This document shows positions 36,788 to 47,283 of a stretch of 64,000 bases of DNA, piece by piece. The notes below the pieces were generated by a model. It was not told where the DNA came from and did not search any database. It saw only the letters and a list, made by a program, of their open reading frames with translations. The translations under genes were made by a program, and so were the position numbers. The first letter of the stretch is position 1. Each line of letters starts with the position of its first letter. Source of the stretch: Longimicrobiales bacterium (lineage in GTDB: Bacteria > Gemmatimonadota > Gemmatimonadetes > Longimicrobiales > Gaopeijiaceae); assembly GCA_965202985.1 (NCBI GenBank), contig CBDBCF010000001.1, positions 1,504,001 through 1,568,000 of the forward strand, read 5' to 3'.

Positions 36788-37999
36788 ATGAAGTACACGG
36801 TCCTTCGGGTCCCGACGGCGGTCGCGGTCATGATCGTGGCCGCGGAACCAACGCCGTTGATGGCCTCCCGCCAGGCTCCCCAAGCACGCCCGGAAGTCGC
36901 AATGCGGCTGGCGGACGAGCCCGCGCTGCTGATCGGCGTGCAGGACGGTCCGGACGAGTACCTTCTGCACAACATCCAGGGAGCGGCCAGTCTCGCCGAT
37001 GGGAGTGTGGTCGTGGGCGTCAGCGGGTCGCATCAGATTCGCAAGTACGACTCGCAGGGCGTGCACTTGTGGAGCCAGGGGCGGTCCGGCGAAGGGCCGG
37101 GAGAGTACCAAGGCGTGAGGCTGTTGCGCGGCTGCACCAGCGATGAAATCACAGTCGCGTACGACATCTACAATCGCCGGGTCACCAAGCTCGACGGGCA
37201 AGGAAACCTGACCGCCGACTTTCCGCTTCAGTTCGAAGGCCTGCGTCCCCACGTGCTGGATTGCTCGTCGAGCGGACGCTTCGTCTTCTCCGCATGGGGC
37301 ACGCTACGGGCCGAGATGCCCGGGCCACACCGCTGGGAGGTTCCGATCGCGTTTACCGACAGCGCCGAGTCCGACATCGCCTTGCTTCGCGACGACGTTC
37401 CCGGTCAGGAACGAGTGCAGTACTTCGAGGACGATCAGAGGGCAATCAATGGGCCGCGGGTATGGGGTCGTCGCATCGTCCTGGGCGCCACCAACGCCGG
37501 GGCATGGCTGGGCACGGCAGACGACCACGAGCTCGAGTTCCTTGGATGGGACGGCGCCACGGTGCGGCGGCTTCGATGGGAGGGGCCGGACTTGGGCGTG
37601 ACCAGGGACGACGTAGAACGGCGTCGCGAGATCCTGCGCACCCAGTACGCCGGTCGCGATGATCCGAACTGGAGGGCCGCCTTCCAGCGCCGGTGGGACA
37701 GCGAGAGGGAGCTGTTGCCGTCGGTATTCCCCGCGTACTCGAGGGTTCTGGTGCCCAGGGACGGCGGCGTGTGGGTGGAGAGCTTTCGGCGGCCGGACCA
37801 GCCAGAGCGCGAGTGGCTTCTCTTCGACGGCGACGGCGCATGGACGGGCACGCTTTCGATGCCTGCGCGAAGGATTGTTCTGGATGCAGGCGCCGACTGG
37901 GTCTTGGTGCGGGAAACCGATGACGTGGGCGTACAGCGGATCGCCAAGTACGGGCTGGTGGCTTTCGCCCTGACCGCACCGCGTGCGTTGCCTCGTTAG
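36788..37999 (+). CDS. 6-bladed beta-propeller family protein
   Basis: Signal-like N-terminus, QGRSGEGPGEY, C-terminal RETDDVGVQRI. Confidence 0.8.
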   Translation: MKYTVLRVPTAVAVMIVAAEPTPLMASRQAPQARPEVAMRLADEPALLIGVQDGPDEYLLHNIQGAASLADGSVVVGVSGSHQIRKYDSQGVHLWSQGRSGEGPGEYQGVRLLRGCTSDEITVAYDIYNRRVTKLDGQGNLTADFPLQFEGLRPHVLDCSSSGRFVFSAWGTLRAEMPGPHRWEVPIAFTDSAESDIALLRDDVPGQERVQYFEDDQRAINGPRVWGRRIVLGATNAGAWLGTADDHELEFLGWDGATVRRLRWEGPDLGVTRDDVERRREILRTQYAGRDDPNWRAAFQRRWDSERELLPSVFPAYSRVLVPRDGGVWVESFRRPDQPEREWLLFDGDGAWTGTLSMPARRIVLDAGADWVLVRETDDVGVQRIAKYGLVAFALTAPRALPR

Positions 38000-39093
38000 T
38001 AGCCGAGTCCGCTGACGTCGTACCAGTCGATCGCCCTGTCGGGGATTCCGTCTGCGTCGCCCTCGCCCACCGCCCGCTCTACCAGAGTCGCCAGCGTCTC
38101 GCCAAGGAGATCGAACCCGATCAGCCGGTCTCGGATGCGCACGCTGCCCTTGAAGTCGGTGCCGACGTAGATGTCGAAGTACGAATATCGATCGCGGTCA
38201 CGATTTGAGCCGACCCAAAGTCGCGCCCTGGAGTCGTAACGGAGGCTTCGTCCCGGAACGCGATCGATCTTAGGAGTTGCGGCGTACTGCTGCACGACCA
38301 CTTCGGGAACCGTGCCGCCGTACAGCAGTCCCATGCCCGTACGGTATTCCGCGATGTCGCGCTGGTTCGGCAGTTCGCCGGTGTATGTGGGGGCTCGGAC
38401 GAGCGTCGGCACCGCAACTTCGCCGGGAGCGTCAACAAAGGCCAAGTCGTGCTGGCACATTCCGAACACAAGCCAACCGCCGGGATGCCAGGCCCCTCGA
38501 GTGCCAAGGTCGTCCGAGTCGCAGTCGATGACTATGCCCAGCTCCGCCGGCGACGGAAGCTTCTCTTCCACCCGTGCAACTCCCGTGCCCAGCTCAATCC
38601 CCGCCAGCGTCATTCCGGCCGCGGACGGATCGAAGGCTGCCTCGAATCGCTCGGATACGCCTATGACCATCGCTTCGGTGGAACCGATGGCCATAAACTG
38701 AGGGGGCAGTCCGGCTTCACTCACGACGGCTCCGGTTGGACGAAAGATCGTTGCGCGGGCCGAGAGCCCGTCGATGACTCCCACGGTGGTTCCGGGCCCC
38801 TGGAAGACCTCCGACGGAAACTGAAACTCGCCGGGTCCCTCGCCTTCCCTGCCGAACACGCCGACGATCCTTGTCGAGCGGTCCACGCAGTGGACCTGGA
38901 ACTCGTAGGACACGATGACGCACGCCGTTTGCTCGTCCACCAACGCAAGGGACTCGTTACTGCTCAGCGGCACCGGTGCCGTGGCCACTGGCTGCATGGC
39001 AAGGACGGGATGGGGATGGGCATCGCGCCATGGTCCGCAACCAGCCGCCAACGTGCCGAGCGCCAGCAGCAGAACCACCGCGTCACGACTCAT
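37996..39093 (-). CDS. 6-bladed beta-propeller family lipoprotein
   Basis: Lipobox LAAGC, FGREGEGPGEF. Confidence 0.78.
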   Translation of the reverse strand: MSRDAVVLLLALGTLAAGCGPWRDAHPHPVLAMQPVATAPVPLSSNESLALVDEQTACVIVSYEFQVHCVDRSTRIVGVFGREGEGPGEFQFPSEVFQGPGTTVGVIDGLSARATIFRPTGAVVSEAGLPPQFMAIGSTEAMVIGVSERFEAAFDPSAAGMTLAGIELGTGVARVEEKLPSPAELGIVIDCDSDDLGTRGAWHPGGWLVFGMCQHDLAFVDAPGEVAVPTLVRAPTYTGELPNQRDIAEYRTGMGLLYGGTVPEVVVQQYAATPKIDRVPGRSLRYDSRARLWVGSNRDRDRYSYFDIYVGTDFKGSVRIRDRLIGFDLLGETLATLVERAVGEGDADGIPDRAIDWYDVSGLGY

Positions 39094-39167
39094 CGCCACT
39101 GTTCCAGTTATGCGGCGACGGTGCCCTGGGGAGCGCTCGACCAGCTTCTCCTCCACGCGAGAGGCGG

Positions 39168-39683
39168 CTATTCGGTATTGCAGGGTCCGCCTCCCTTCTT
39201 GCACTCGCATAGCTTGTCGCACTTGGGGAAGTAGGTTCGTGCCTGGTCCAAGGTCATCTCTCCGTCATTGACCCTTGCAGTATAGTGACCGTGGCAGGTA
39301 CTCCAACAGTCCCTGGGCTCATCGAGCGTAAGGCTTACCTCCTGCCCTCCCGCGCCAACCGGAACCATCGCACAAGGAAGGGTTGCAACGATCGGTGCGA
39401 CGGAAGGCACCGTTGCGGCGGGTGTGGAAGTGGCTACTAGGCTGGCCCCCGCGCCGAACCAAGACGTCAAGTGGGTGGACACCTCCACATCGTCGCTTCC
39501 CGCCGTGCTTGTCGGCAGGACTGGTGTGCTCCCGGCAACGAGTACGGTCAGGGTCGCCAAGGCCGCGGTCTTGGCGAGGACCCTGGCGATGGCCGTCGGG
39601 ACAACCTTATTGGCGCTTCCGGTGGACACCGGGAGCGGGATCGCCAGGATCGTGCGCATGGAGCAGAACAGGGTGTCAAGCAT
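39168..39683 (-). CDS. Hypothetical secreted precursor with Cys-rich C-terminal domain
   Basis: AAGGGGAG upstream of ATG 39683; hydrophobic segment, Thr/Ser/Ala/Pro linker, then ...GAGG-QEV...CWSTC...CDKLCEC...C. Confidence 0.55.
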   Translation of the reverse strand: MLDTLFCSMRTILAIPLPVSTGSANKVVPTAIARVLAKTAALATLTVLVAGSTPVLPTSTAGSDDVEVSTHLTSWFGAGASLVATSTPAATVPSVAPIVATLPCAMVPVGAGGQEVSLTLDEPRDCWSTCHGHYTARVNDGEMTLDQARTYFPKCDKLCECKKGGGPCNTE

Positions 39684-39788
39684 GGTGCGGTTCTTTCTCC
39701 CCTTGCTTGGGGAAACGGCGAAAGTGAGGCCCTCGCGGGGCCGATACAACCGAGTTTCGCGCTTGTTCCACCGTCCCGACATGTCGTT

Positions 39789-40322
39789 TCACGACGCTTG
39801 GTTGTCATTTCCATGCTTACTTCCGAGTCGACGGAGCGACAGGCCCATGAAGGTGTCGTCCACCGCTTTCCACGCCCAGTAGTCCAGAGAGGCTCTGGGG
39901 AGCTTGCTGTGGTTCCGTCCGGTCAGTCGCTTCGAGAACCGGCTCCAGCCGGTAGCATCGGCAAAGGCGAGGCGCCAAGCGATGCTGTCCGCGGTGACGC
40001 CCTCAAGCCGCAAGGCCATGCCGTGGAGAAAGCAGATCCATCGAAGGGCTCTGGAGTATGACCAGCCTAGCTTTAGGGCTGCGGTGGACAGATACGCTGG
40101 CCGAAGATGAAGTTTCGCCGCCACGTCGACGATCGACCGGACGTATTTTGGGAGGGATTGGCCTGGGACCGACGGGTCAAGCGTCACCAGGCCGGGGATA
40201 CCCCTTACGGGCTGGAAGGCCGCCAGCCGGAGCCCGCGCCGGGCAATCTCGGGGCCTGGACACGAGACCAGAAAGAACTCGGCGGCTTGGACGAACGACG
40301 CCGGCGGTGGTGCTTCGGCCAT
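39789..40322 (-). CDS. AraC-like helix-turn-helix protein lacking a full sensor domain
   Basis: SIVDVAAKLHLRPAYLS...SIAWRLAFADATGWSRFSKRLTG resembles the AraC double HTH (IAxxLGFxDxxxFSRxFKRxxG). Confidence 0.65.
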   Translation of the reverse strand: MAEAPPPASFVQAAEFFLVSCPGPEIARRGLRLAAFQPVRGIPGLVTLDPSVPGQSLPKYVRSIVDVAAKLHLRPAYLSTAALKLGWSYSRALRWICFLHGMALRLEGVTADSIAWRLAFADATGWSRFSKRLTGRNHSKLPRASLDYWAWKAVDDTFMGLSLRRLGSKHGNDNQAS

Positions 40323-40429
40323 AGGTTCCTTGTGGAGAAGCTGGAGGGTTGGGCTGCGGAACAGGAGGCGACCACCGGGGTAAGGTGCCGCACAGCGTGG
40401 AAGTATCGCCTGCGGCTAGCTTTAGCGCC

Positions 40430-40855
40430 ATGGAAGGCACGACGACCGGCAAGGTGGCCGACGAGGCGCTCGACGGGCAAGAAGCAGACGCCCGCGCCAA
40501 GGCAGCGCCCGGCGAAGCGGAGGACGACCGGACGCTCGGGGGATACTTGGCCGTCCACGGTCGCCCGCCGGCGTTCGAAGCGTGCGACGGTCAGCCCTAC
40601 ACCGTGTCGTTGGAGACCGAGCGGTCGCCGGACTTGAAGGCCCCCGTGGCGGGGTACTTGGTCTTTCCTCGATGGGCGTCCACGGGACTGGGGGTCGTGG
40701 GTCACGTGGAGACACCGCTGCTGTGGCGGGGGCCGACGCGGGAGGCGGTCGTGACGGAGGCGGGCGGTACCAGCCTGCACGAGGTCCAGCGGTTGCTCGA
40801 CGAGGCCGTGGTCCGCCAAGCGCAGGGCGGCGCTGAAGCGAGTCCGGACCGGTGA
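40430..40855 (+). CDS. Hypothetical protein
   Basis: Globular-looking core TLGGYLAVHGRPPAFEACDGQPYTV...GYLVFPRW; stop overlaps the queE start. Confidence 0.65.
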   Translation: MEGTTTGKVADEALDGQEADARAKAAPGEAEDDRTLGGYLAVHGRPPAFEACDGQPYTVSLETERSPDLKAPVAGYLVFPRWASTGLGVVGHVETPLLWRGPTREAVVTEAGGTSLHEVQRLLDEAVVRQAQGGAEASPDR

Positions 40856-41583
40856 CGGCGCTCGCGCCGAACGGCGGCCAGTCCCAAGGACGGACATCGA
40901 CACCTTCCAACCAGGCCGACTCGGTGCGGGTCACGGAGATCTTCCACTCGATTCAGGGCGAGTCCACGTGGGCGGGGTTGCCGTGCACCTTCGTGCGCCT
41001 GACGGGCTGTCCGTTGCGGTGCGTCTGGTGCGACACCGCCTACGCCTTTCACGGAGGCGCCAAGCGCAGCGTGCGCGAAGTCGTGGACGAGGTGGCGACG
41101 GTGGGCGGGGGTTGCCGCCTCGTCGAGATCACGGGCGGCGAGCCGCTGGTTCAGCCCGGCGCGGCGACGCTGGCCGCCGAGCTTCTGGACCGGGGCCACA
41201 CGGTGCTCGTGGAGACGTCCGGGGCCGTGGACGTGAGCGGCTTGGATGCGCGCGCGCACCGCATCATGGACCTCAAGTGTCCCGGTTCGGGAGAGTCCGG
41301 CCGGAACCTGTGGTCGAACTTGGACCACCTGACCGGGCGCGACGAGATCAAGTTCGTCGTGGCCGACCGGGAAGACTTGGAGTGGGTCGCCGACGTGGTG
41401 CGCCGCCACGGACTGGCCGGCCGGGTGAAGGCCGGGTCGCTGGGCGCCTTGCTCGTGTCGCCCGTGTGGGGCGTCGAGGGGCTGGACCAGTTGGCCGAAG
41501 CCGTGCTGGAGACGGGCCTGCCGTTCCGTCTGCAGACACAGCTGCACAAGCACATCTGGGGACCGACTCGCACCGGCGTCTAG
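40852..41583 (+). CDS. queE: 7-carboxy-7-deazaguanine synthase (radical SAM)
   Basis: EIFHSIQGE, GCPLRCVWCDT, ITGGEP, LQTQLHKHIW. Confidence 0.92.
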   Translation: MTALAPNGGQSQGRTSTPSNQADSVRVTEIFHSIQGESTWAGLPCTFVRLTGCPLRCVWCDTAYAFHGGAKRSVREVVDEVATVGGGCRLVEITGGEPLVQPGAATLAAELLDRGHTVLVETSGAVDVSGLDARAHRIMDLKCPGSGESGRNLWSNLDHLTGRDEIKFVVADREDLEWVADVVRRHGLAGRVKAGSLGALLVSPVWGVEGLDQLAEAVLETGLPFRLQTQLHKHIWGPTRTGV

Positions 41584-41585
41584 GG

Positions 41586-42203
41586 TTGCGCTGCGCCGGG
41601 CTGTCGCTCGTGCTGGCGGACCACTTCGGGACGCCCGAGACCGCCGTTCCCGACCCGCAAGGCAGGAACGCCGCCGTGGCCGTGGTCGCCCGCCCGCCGC
41701 TCGGCACCGACGATCCGCAGGTGGCCGACTGCGACCTCCTACTCATCCGGCGGGCAACCTCGCCCCGAGACCCGTGGTCCGGCCAGATGGCCTTGCCCGG
41801 AGGCCGAGTGGACCCCGCCGATCCCACGCTGGTCGCCGCGGCCGTCCGGGAGACCCGCGAGGAAACGGGACTGGCGCTGGACCCGGCTTCGCACCTGGTC
41901 GGCCGGTTGCCCGCGGTCAGGCCGGCCAGCGTCCGCCTCCCCTCGCTGACGATCTGGCCCTTCGTGTTCGGGGTCGCGCCCGGCGCGTGCGCGCGAGCGG
42001 CGAGCCCCGAAGTCGCCTCCGTCCACTGGCTCTCCGCCCGCGCCCTGTCCGACCCTCGCAACCGCGGCCGCTACCGCGATTCGGTCGGCGCCGAGACGCC
42101 CTCCGCCGAGACGCCCTCCTTCCCGTGCATCCGCATAGACGGCCAAGTCGTATGGGGGCTCACCTACCGGGTCCTGGACACGTTCCTGCGGATGTGCACG
42201 TAG
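41586..42203 (+). CDS. Nudix hydrolase (CoA pyrophosphatase-like)
   Basis: WSGQMALPGG, Nudix box AVRETREETG, VWGLT; start approximate. Confidence 0.88.
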   Translation: MRCAGLSLVLADHFGTPETAVPDPQGRNAAVAVVARPPLGTDDPQVADCDLLLIRRATSPRDPWSGQMALPGGRVDPADPTLVAAAVRETREETGLALDPASHLVGRLPAVRPASVRLPSLTIWPFVFGVAPGACARAASPEVASVHWLSARALSDPRNRGRYRDSVGAETPSAETPSFPCIRIDGQVVWGLTYRVLDTFLRMCT

Positions 42204-42227
42204 GTCGGCCGCCGCCGTCCCGGGCCG

Positions 42228-43382
42228 CTACGTCCCGTCGCGCCACTCCGCTATGAACAAGTTCGTATTGCCTTCGTGCGATTCGTTTCGGTTGGACCCG
42301 AACACCAAGCGCGTGCCGCTGGGGTCGAAGACCGGGAAGCCGTCGAAGCCCTCGGACCAGGTGATCCGCTCCAGGCCCGTGCCGTCCGTGTTGATCAAGT
42401 ACAGCTCGAAGTCTCGTCCGCCGGGGTCGTCCATGTTGGACGAAAAGACGATCTGCTCGCCCGAAGGGTGCCAGTAGGGCGCGAAGTTGGCGGCGCCGTT
42501 GTTCGTGAGCCGGCGGGGGTTGGCGCCGTCGGCGTCCGCCACGTAGATGTCCATCACCGAGGGGCGGACCAAGCCCTGCGCCAGCAAGGCCGTGTAGTCC
42601 TCTTGCTCTTCGGGCGACTCGGGGTACCGGGCGCGCCAGACGATCCGCGTGCCGTCCGGGCTGTAGAACGCCCCGCCGTCGTAGCCCAACCGCGTGGTGA
42701 TGCGCCGCACGTCCGAGCCGTCGGGCAGCATGGAGTACAGGTCCAGGTCGCCGTCCCGCATGGATGTGAAGACGATGCGGTGGCCAGTCGGAGAGAACGT
42801 GGCCTCGGCGTCGTAGCCGAAGGCGGTCGTGAGCTGCCGCAGCCCCGAGCCGTCCGAGTTGGCCGCGAAGACGTCGAACGAGGGGTAGAGGGGCCAGACG
42901 TAGCCTCGGGAGAAGTCGGGGCGGGCCGGGCAGGCCTGGTCGAAGTGGTGCGTCGACGAGTAGAGGATGCGGTCGCCGCCCGGATAGAAGTACGCGCAGG
43001 TGGTGCGCCCCTTGCCGGTGCTGACCATGCGGGCGTCGCCGGTCTCGGGGTCCATCACGTAGATCTGATCGCAGCCCTGGCCGGGAACGGGCGTGGACTG
43101 GAAGACCAACTGGGAGCCGTCGAACGACCAGTAGGCCTCCGCGTTCTCGCCCTCGAAGGTGAGTTGGCGAAGGTTCGCGAGGCGCCTCTCGCCGGGCTTG
43201 GCCAGGGCGGCGTCGGCCGAGCCGTCCTGATGCGCGGCGGCGCGGGCCGACGGCAAGAAGAGGGCGACAGCGAGCAAGAAGGCGACCGCCGGCAAGAAGT
43301 TGCGGGTCGGCGCGGCGCGGGTAGGCGCAGAGAGAGCCAGCCAGAGGACGTCGGTCATGTTCGTCCAGCATGTACCGGTCAT
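42228..43382 (-). CDS. TolB-like PD40 beta-propeller protein
   Basis: [15 protein letters not shown], repeated [10 protein letters not shown] / [12 protein letters not shown] / NFAPYWHP / FDGFPVF. Confidence 0.88.
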   Translation of the reverse strand: MTGTCWTNMTDVLWLALSAPTRAAPTRNFLPAVAFLLAVALFLPSARAAAHQDGSADAALAKPGERRLANLRQLTFEGENAEAYWSFDGSQLVFQSTPVPGQGCDQIYVMDPETGDARMVSTGKGRTTCAYFYPGGDRILYSSTHHFDQACPARPDFSRGYVWPLYPSFDVFAANSDGSGLRQLTTAFGYDAEATFSPTGHRIVFTSMRDGDLDLYSMLPDGSDVRRITTRLGYDGGAFYSPDGTRIVWRARYPESPEEQEDYTALLAQGLVRPSVMDIYVADADGANPRRLTNNGAANFAPYWHPSGEQIVFSSNMDDPGGRDFELYLINTDGTGLERITWSEGFDGFPVFDPSGTRLVFGSNRNESHEGNTNLFIAEWRDGT

Positions 43383-44617
43383 GAATTGCCGGGTTCTTCC
43401 GTGATCGAGACTTGAATGTTGCGCCGGCGAAGCGCCTCGAGGTACGTCGCCGGCGGCATCGTTTCGTCGGGGGTGCCCACGCCCCATGCGCCGACTTGGC
43501 GGCGGGCCTGCATCAAGGCCGTGACGGCAAGCGAAAAACCCGTGGTCCGGGCCATGGCGGTGAGCTTCGTATCGCGGTCGAAGAAGTCGAGCACGTCGTA
43601 GACCACGGCTTGCGCCACGCCTTTTCTTCTTCCGGCGACTCGCACCCGAGCCACCACCATGTCGTCGCCCTTCGGATTCTCCAGCACGGGCGTCGCAAGG
43701 CGAATCAAGAACTGCCGAGGGCTGATCCGCGCTTCGCCCAACTCCACCTCCTGGTCGGCCATGAGCCCCAAGTCTCGCATGGCCGACATGATGCGGGCGT
43801 GGCCGGGGTAGCGAAGCGTCTTGTACTCCATGACCGGGATTCGACCCTCGTACCGGTAGGGCATGGTGGAGATGCCGCCGCCCGTGAAAAAGGCCTCCAG
43901 TTCGCCGGCGGGTTCTGCCGAGAAGCCCGGACCACGCCGCGCGCCGTTGTCGGGGCCGTCCGCACCGTCCGTGGCGTCGGCAACGTCCGCGTCGCCGAAG
44001 CGAACCGTCTCCAGCCCGGAAAGCGCCTCCACCGTGGTCACCTTGCCGTCCCGGAGGACTACCGCGGGCGTCACGTAGTAGTCCAGGACGCCCTCCAGGG
44101 AGTAGACGATCTGGTAGTTCAGCGGCGGCTTCGGGTTTTGGGGAAGCCCTCCGACCCAGATTCGCACCGAGTCCACCGAATCCATGCGGCGGATTCCGTC
44201 CTCGGCAAGGATGTTGACCATGCCGGGCGCCAGCCCCGTGTCGGGCACCACCGACAGCTCCCGTTCGAGGGCCAGGTCGTGGAGGCTACGCTGCCGCCCC
44301 ACGATCTCGGTGTTCCCGCCCAGGTCCGCGAAGTGCACGCCGGCCTCCACCGCCAGTCGCGCCATGTCGAAGTTGAGGCGGTAGGGAAGCGCGCACAGGA
44401 CCCCGGTCGTTCCATGCATGGCGGTGCGGACCTCGTCGTCCACGGCGGCGTCCAGCTTGCGCAACTCGAGTCGCCCGCCCAAGTGCGGCTCCAGACACGG
44501 ATGGACGCGGTCCACGCTCAAGTCGGCCACCAAGACGCGCTCCACGTCGTCCTGCCGAAGAAGGTCGAAGGCCGCCGCGGAGCCCTGCGCGCCGCCGCCC
44601 AAGACGAGGAAATTCAC
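43379..44617 (-). CDS. Saccharopine dehydrogenase / lysine 6-dehydrogenase family protein
   Basis: [41 protein letters not shown]. Confidence 0.88.
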   Translation of the reverse strand: MNFLVLGGGAQGSAAAFDLLRQDDVERVLVADLSVDRVHPCLEPHLGGRLELRKLDAAVDDEVRTAMHGTTGVLCALPYRLNFDMARLAVEAGVHFADLGGNTEIVGRQRSLHDLALERELSVVPDTGLAPGMVNILAEDGIRRMDSVDSVRIWVGGLPQNPKPPLNYQIVYSLEGVLDYYVTPAVVLRDGKVTTVEALSGLETVRFGDADVADATDGADGPDNGARRGPGFSAEPAGELEAFFTGGGISTMPYRYEGRIPVMEYKTLRYPGHARIMSAMRDLGLMADQEVELGEARISPRQFLIRLATPVLENPKGDDMVVARVRVAGRRKGVAQAVVYDVLDFFDRDTKLTAMARTTGFSLAVTALMQARRQVGAWGVGTPDETMPPATYLEALRRRNIQVSITEEPGNS

Positions 44618-47184
44618 GTTTCGTCTGCCGCCGTCGCTGCTGTCGCCGCCGGATCGAAGATGGTGCCCGCCTCCATGCCTGCCCCTGCGTCGGCGGCCTC
44701 TTGCGTCTCGGCGTCCTGCGTCCCGGTGCCCGGCGTCCCGGCCCCGTCGTCGTAGGCCCGCGTGGCCGCGACGATCCGGTCTCCCGACGCCGGCTCGACA
44801 AGCTGCTGCCCCCGCGCGTTGCGCCTCAGCATGGCAACCTGGGCAGCCGTCCGTCGCGTCAAGACGCCGCCGCCGGACACCAGCATCACCTGCTCGTCGT
44901 CCACCGCCTCGAGCGCCGACACCAGCCGGCCGCCCCGATCGTCGAGGACGATGGCCCGCATCCCCAACCCGCCGCGCTTCTGCACCGAAAACTCGGCCAG
45001 GGGCACGCGCTTCCCCGCCCCGCTCTCCGTCACCATGAGCAACGAGGCCTCCCGGACCAGGACCACGAAGCCCACCACCTCGTCGTCGCCCCGCAGCCCG
45101 ATCCCCTTCACGCCCTGGGCGGTCCGGCCCACGACCGAAACTTGGTCTTCCGGAAAGCGGATCGCCCGCCCGGCCCCCGTCACGAGCATGAACTGGGCGT
45201 CTCCCGCTGTCAGGGCCACGTTCACGACCTCGTCGCCGGGACGCAGCGTCACGCCCAGCAGCCCGCCGGCGCGGGGGTGCGAGAACTTCGCAAGCGGCGT
45301 CCGCTTCACCACGCCTTGGCGGGTGGCGAAGGCCACGTACTTGTCCTCGTTCAGGTCGTCCACGGCGCGAACCGCCACGATCGCGTCCTGGCGCTCGATT
45401 CCCAACAGCCCGTGCAGCGGACGACCCCGCGACGCCCGCCCGGTCTCGGGCACGCTCTCCACCCGAAGGAAGTGCACGTGGCCCCGGCTCGTGAACGCCA
45501 GAAGCCAGCCCTGGGAACGAGCGACGGACACGGTCTCCAGGTAGTCGTCTCCGTACTTGGCCATGTCGGCCTGGGGCCGGCCGGCCCTGGCCCGCCGCTG
45601 GTAGAGCCCGACCGACAGGCGCTTGGCAAAGCGCTGGCGCGACAACACGACGACCACGTTCTCGTCCGCCGCCGCCGACTCCACGTAGGAGAAGTCCAAC
45701 TTGTCCGCGTCGTCCAGGATCACCGTCCTCCTGGGGTCGGCAAAGCACTGAGCGACTTGGTCCAGCTCGTCCAACATGACTCGAAGCTGAAGGGCCTCGT
45801 CCTTCAGCAGCGCCCGAAGGCTGCGGATCGCTTTTGCCAGCTCCGCCTTCCGTTCCTGCAGTTGAACGCCCTCCAGCGACGTGAGCCTGGCCAGCCGCAT
45901 GTCCAGGATGGCGCCCGCCTGCACGTCGCTGAGGCCGAATCGGTGCTGCAGCCGTTCGGACGCCTGCGCCCGGTCGGCGGAGCCGCGGATGACGGCCACC
46001 ACCTCGTCGATGTGAGCCAACGCCGCCAGCAACCCTTCGACGACGTGCAGGTCCGCTTCCGCCTTCTCCAGATCGAAGCGCGACCGCCGGCGAATGACCT
46101 GCAGACGGTGATCGCGAAAGCGCTCCAGCAGCTGCTTCAGCGTGAACTCGCCGGGTTGCTTGCCGCCGTCCAGGGCCAGCAGGATCGCCCCGAACGTGGA
46201 TTGGAGCGCCGTCTTCCTGAAGAGCGTGGCCAAGACGCGCCCCGCCCCGGCGCCGCGCTTCAGCTCGACCACCAAGCGGATGCCCTCTCGGTCCGACTCG
46301 TCCCGCAGGCCGGCCACCTCGGGAAGCGCCCCCTTGCGCGCCAGCCCCGCGATCTGCGCCACGATCCGCGACTTGGACACCGCGTAGGGAAGCTCGCTCA
46401 CCACCAGCTGGCGCCGCCCGCCCCGCAGCGACTCGGTGGCCACGCGGGCGCGCATCGTCATGCGTCCCCGACCGGTCTCGTACATGGCGCGGATGCCTTC
46501 GCGCCCCACGATGAAGCCCCCGGTCGGGAAGTCGGGCCCCGGCAGCTTCTCCATCAGGTCGGCCACCGTGCACTCCGGGTCCTCGGCCAACGTCCGGAGC
46601 GCCTCCGCCACTTCGCCCAAGTTGTGCGGGGGCACGTTGGTGCTCATGCCCACCGCGATGCCCGCACTGCCGTTGACCAGCAGGTTGGGAATGCGCGAGG
46701 GCAGGACCGCCGGCTCCTCCAGGCGGTCGTCGAAGTTGGGCTCCCACGGCACCGTGTCCTTCTCGATCTCGGCCAGGAGCTCGGTGGCCGCCGCCGACAG
46801 CCGGGCCTCCGTGTAGCGGTACGCCGCCGCCGAGTCGCCGTCGATGGAGCCGAAGTTCCCCTGCCCGTCCACGAGCGGGTAGCGCAAGGCGAACGCCTGC
46901 ACCATGCGCACCAAGGCGTCGTAGACCGCCGAATCGCCGTGGGGGTGGTACTTGCCCAGGACCTCGCCCACCACGGTGGCGCACTTCTTGTGGGGCTTGT
47001 CCGGCTGGAGGCCCAGCCCGTGCATGGCGAAGAGGATGCGCCGGTGGACCGGCTTGAGGCCGTCCCGCACGTCGGGGAGCGCCCGCTGGACGATGACGCT
47101 CATGGAGTAGTCGAGGAACGAGTCCCGCATCTCGCGCTCAATGACGCGCGGCAAGATGCGTTCGCGCTTCTGGGCTACGGACAT
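44614..47184 (-). CDS. Type IIA topoisomerase subunit A (GyrA or ParC-like)
   Basis: [22 protein letters not shown], catalytic [10 protein letters not shown]-terminal beta-pinwheel; no canonical GyrA-box at the expected position. Confidence 0.95.
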   Translation of the reverse strand: MSVAQKRERILPRVIEREMRDSFLDYSMSVIVQRALPDVRDGLKPVHRRILFAMHGLGLQPDKPHKKCATVVGEVLGKYHPHGDSAVYDALVRMVQAFALRYPLVDGQGNFGSIDGDSAAAYRYTEARLSAAATELLAEIEKDTVPWEPNFDDRLEEPAVLPSRIPNLLVNGSAGIAVGMSTNVPPHNLGEVAEALRTLAEDPECTVADLMEKLPGPDFPTGGFIVGREGIRAMYETGRGRMTMRARVATESLRGGRRQLVVSELPYAVSKSRIVAQIAGLARKGALPEVAGLRDESDREGIRLVVELKRGAGAGRVLATLFRKTALQSTFGAILLALDGGKQPGEFTLKQLLERFRDHRLQVIRRRSRFDLEKAEADLHVVEGLLAALAHIDEVVAVIRGSADRAQASERLQHRFGLSDVQAGAILDMRLARLTSLEGVQLQERKAELAKAIRSLRALLKDEALQLRVMLDELDQVAQCFADPRRTVILDDADKLDFSYVESAAADENVVVVLSRQRFAKRLSVGLYQRRARAGRPQADMAKYGDDYLETVSVARSQGWLLAFTSRGHVHFLRVESVPETGRASRGRPLHGLLGIERQDAIVAVRAVDDLNEDKYVAFATRQGVVKRTPLAKFSHPRAGGLLGVTLRPGDEVVNVALTAGDAQFMLVTGAGRAIRFPEDQVSVVGRTAQGVKGIGLRGDDEVVGFVVLVREASLLMVTESGAGKRVPLAEFSVQKRGGLGMRAIVLDDRGGRLVSALEAVDDEQVMLVSGGGVLTRRTAAQVAMLRRNARGQQLVEPASGDRIVAATRAYDDGAGTPGTGTQDAETQEAADAGAGMEAGTIFDPAATAATAADET

Positions 47185-47283
47185 TCGGGCTCCCTGGGCG
47201 CCGGCGGGCGGTCGTGGGCGGGGGGACCCGGCGTTGCGGGCCGGAGCTTCCGCCCCGAATCTAACGAGTTGCGGCTGCGCGCT

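Noticed and set aside
34394..39093. Integron cassette array explanation for the propeller cluster
   Set aside because: No attC-like repeats between genes, no integrase, and mixed orientation.
40852..41583. queE as part of a 7-deazaguanine DNA-modification (dpd) system
   Set aside because: No dpdA/tgtA5, queC, queD or folE nearby; context is housekeeping.
42090..42119. 15-bp tandem duplication GCCGAGACGCCCTCC x2 in the Nudix gene
   Set aside because: In-frame AETPS duplication, probably in a loop; most likely neutral.
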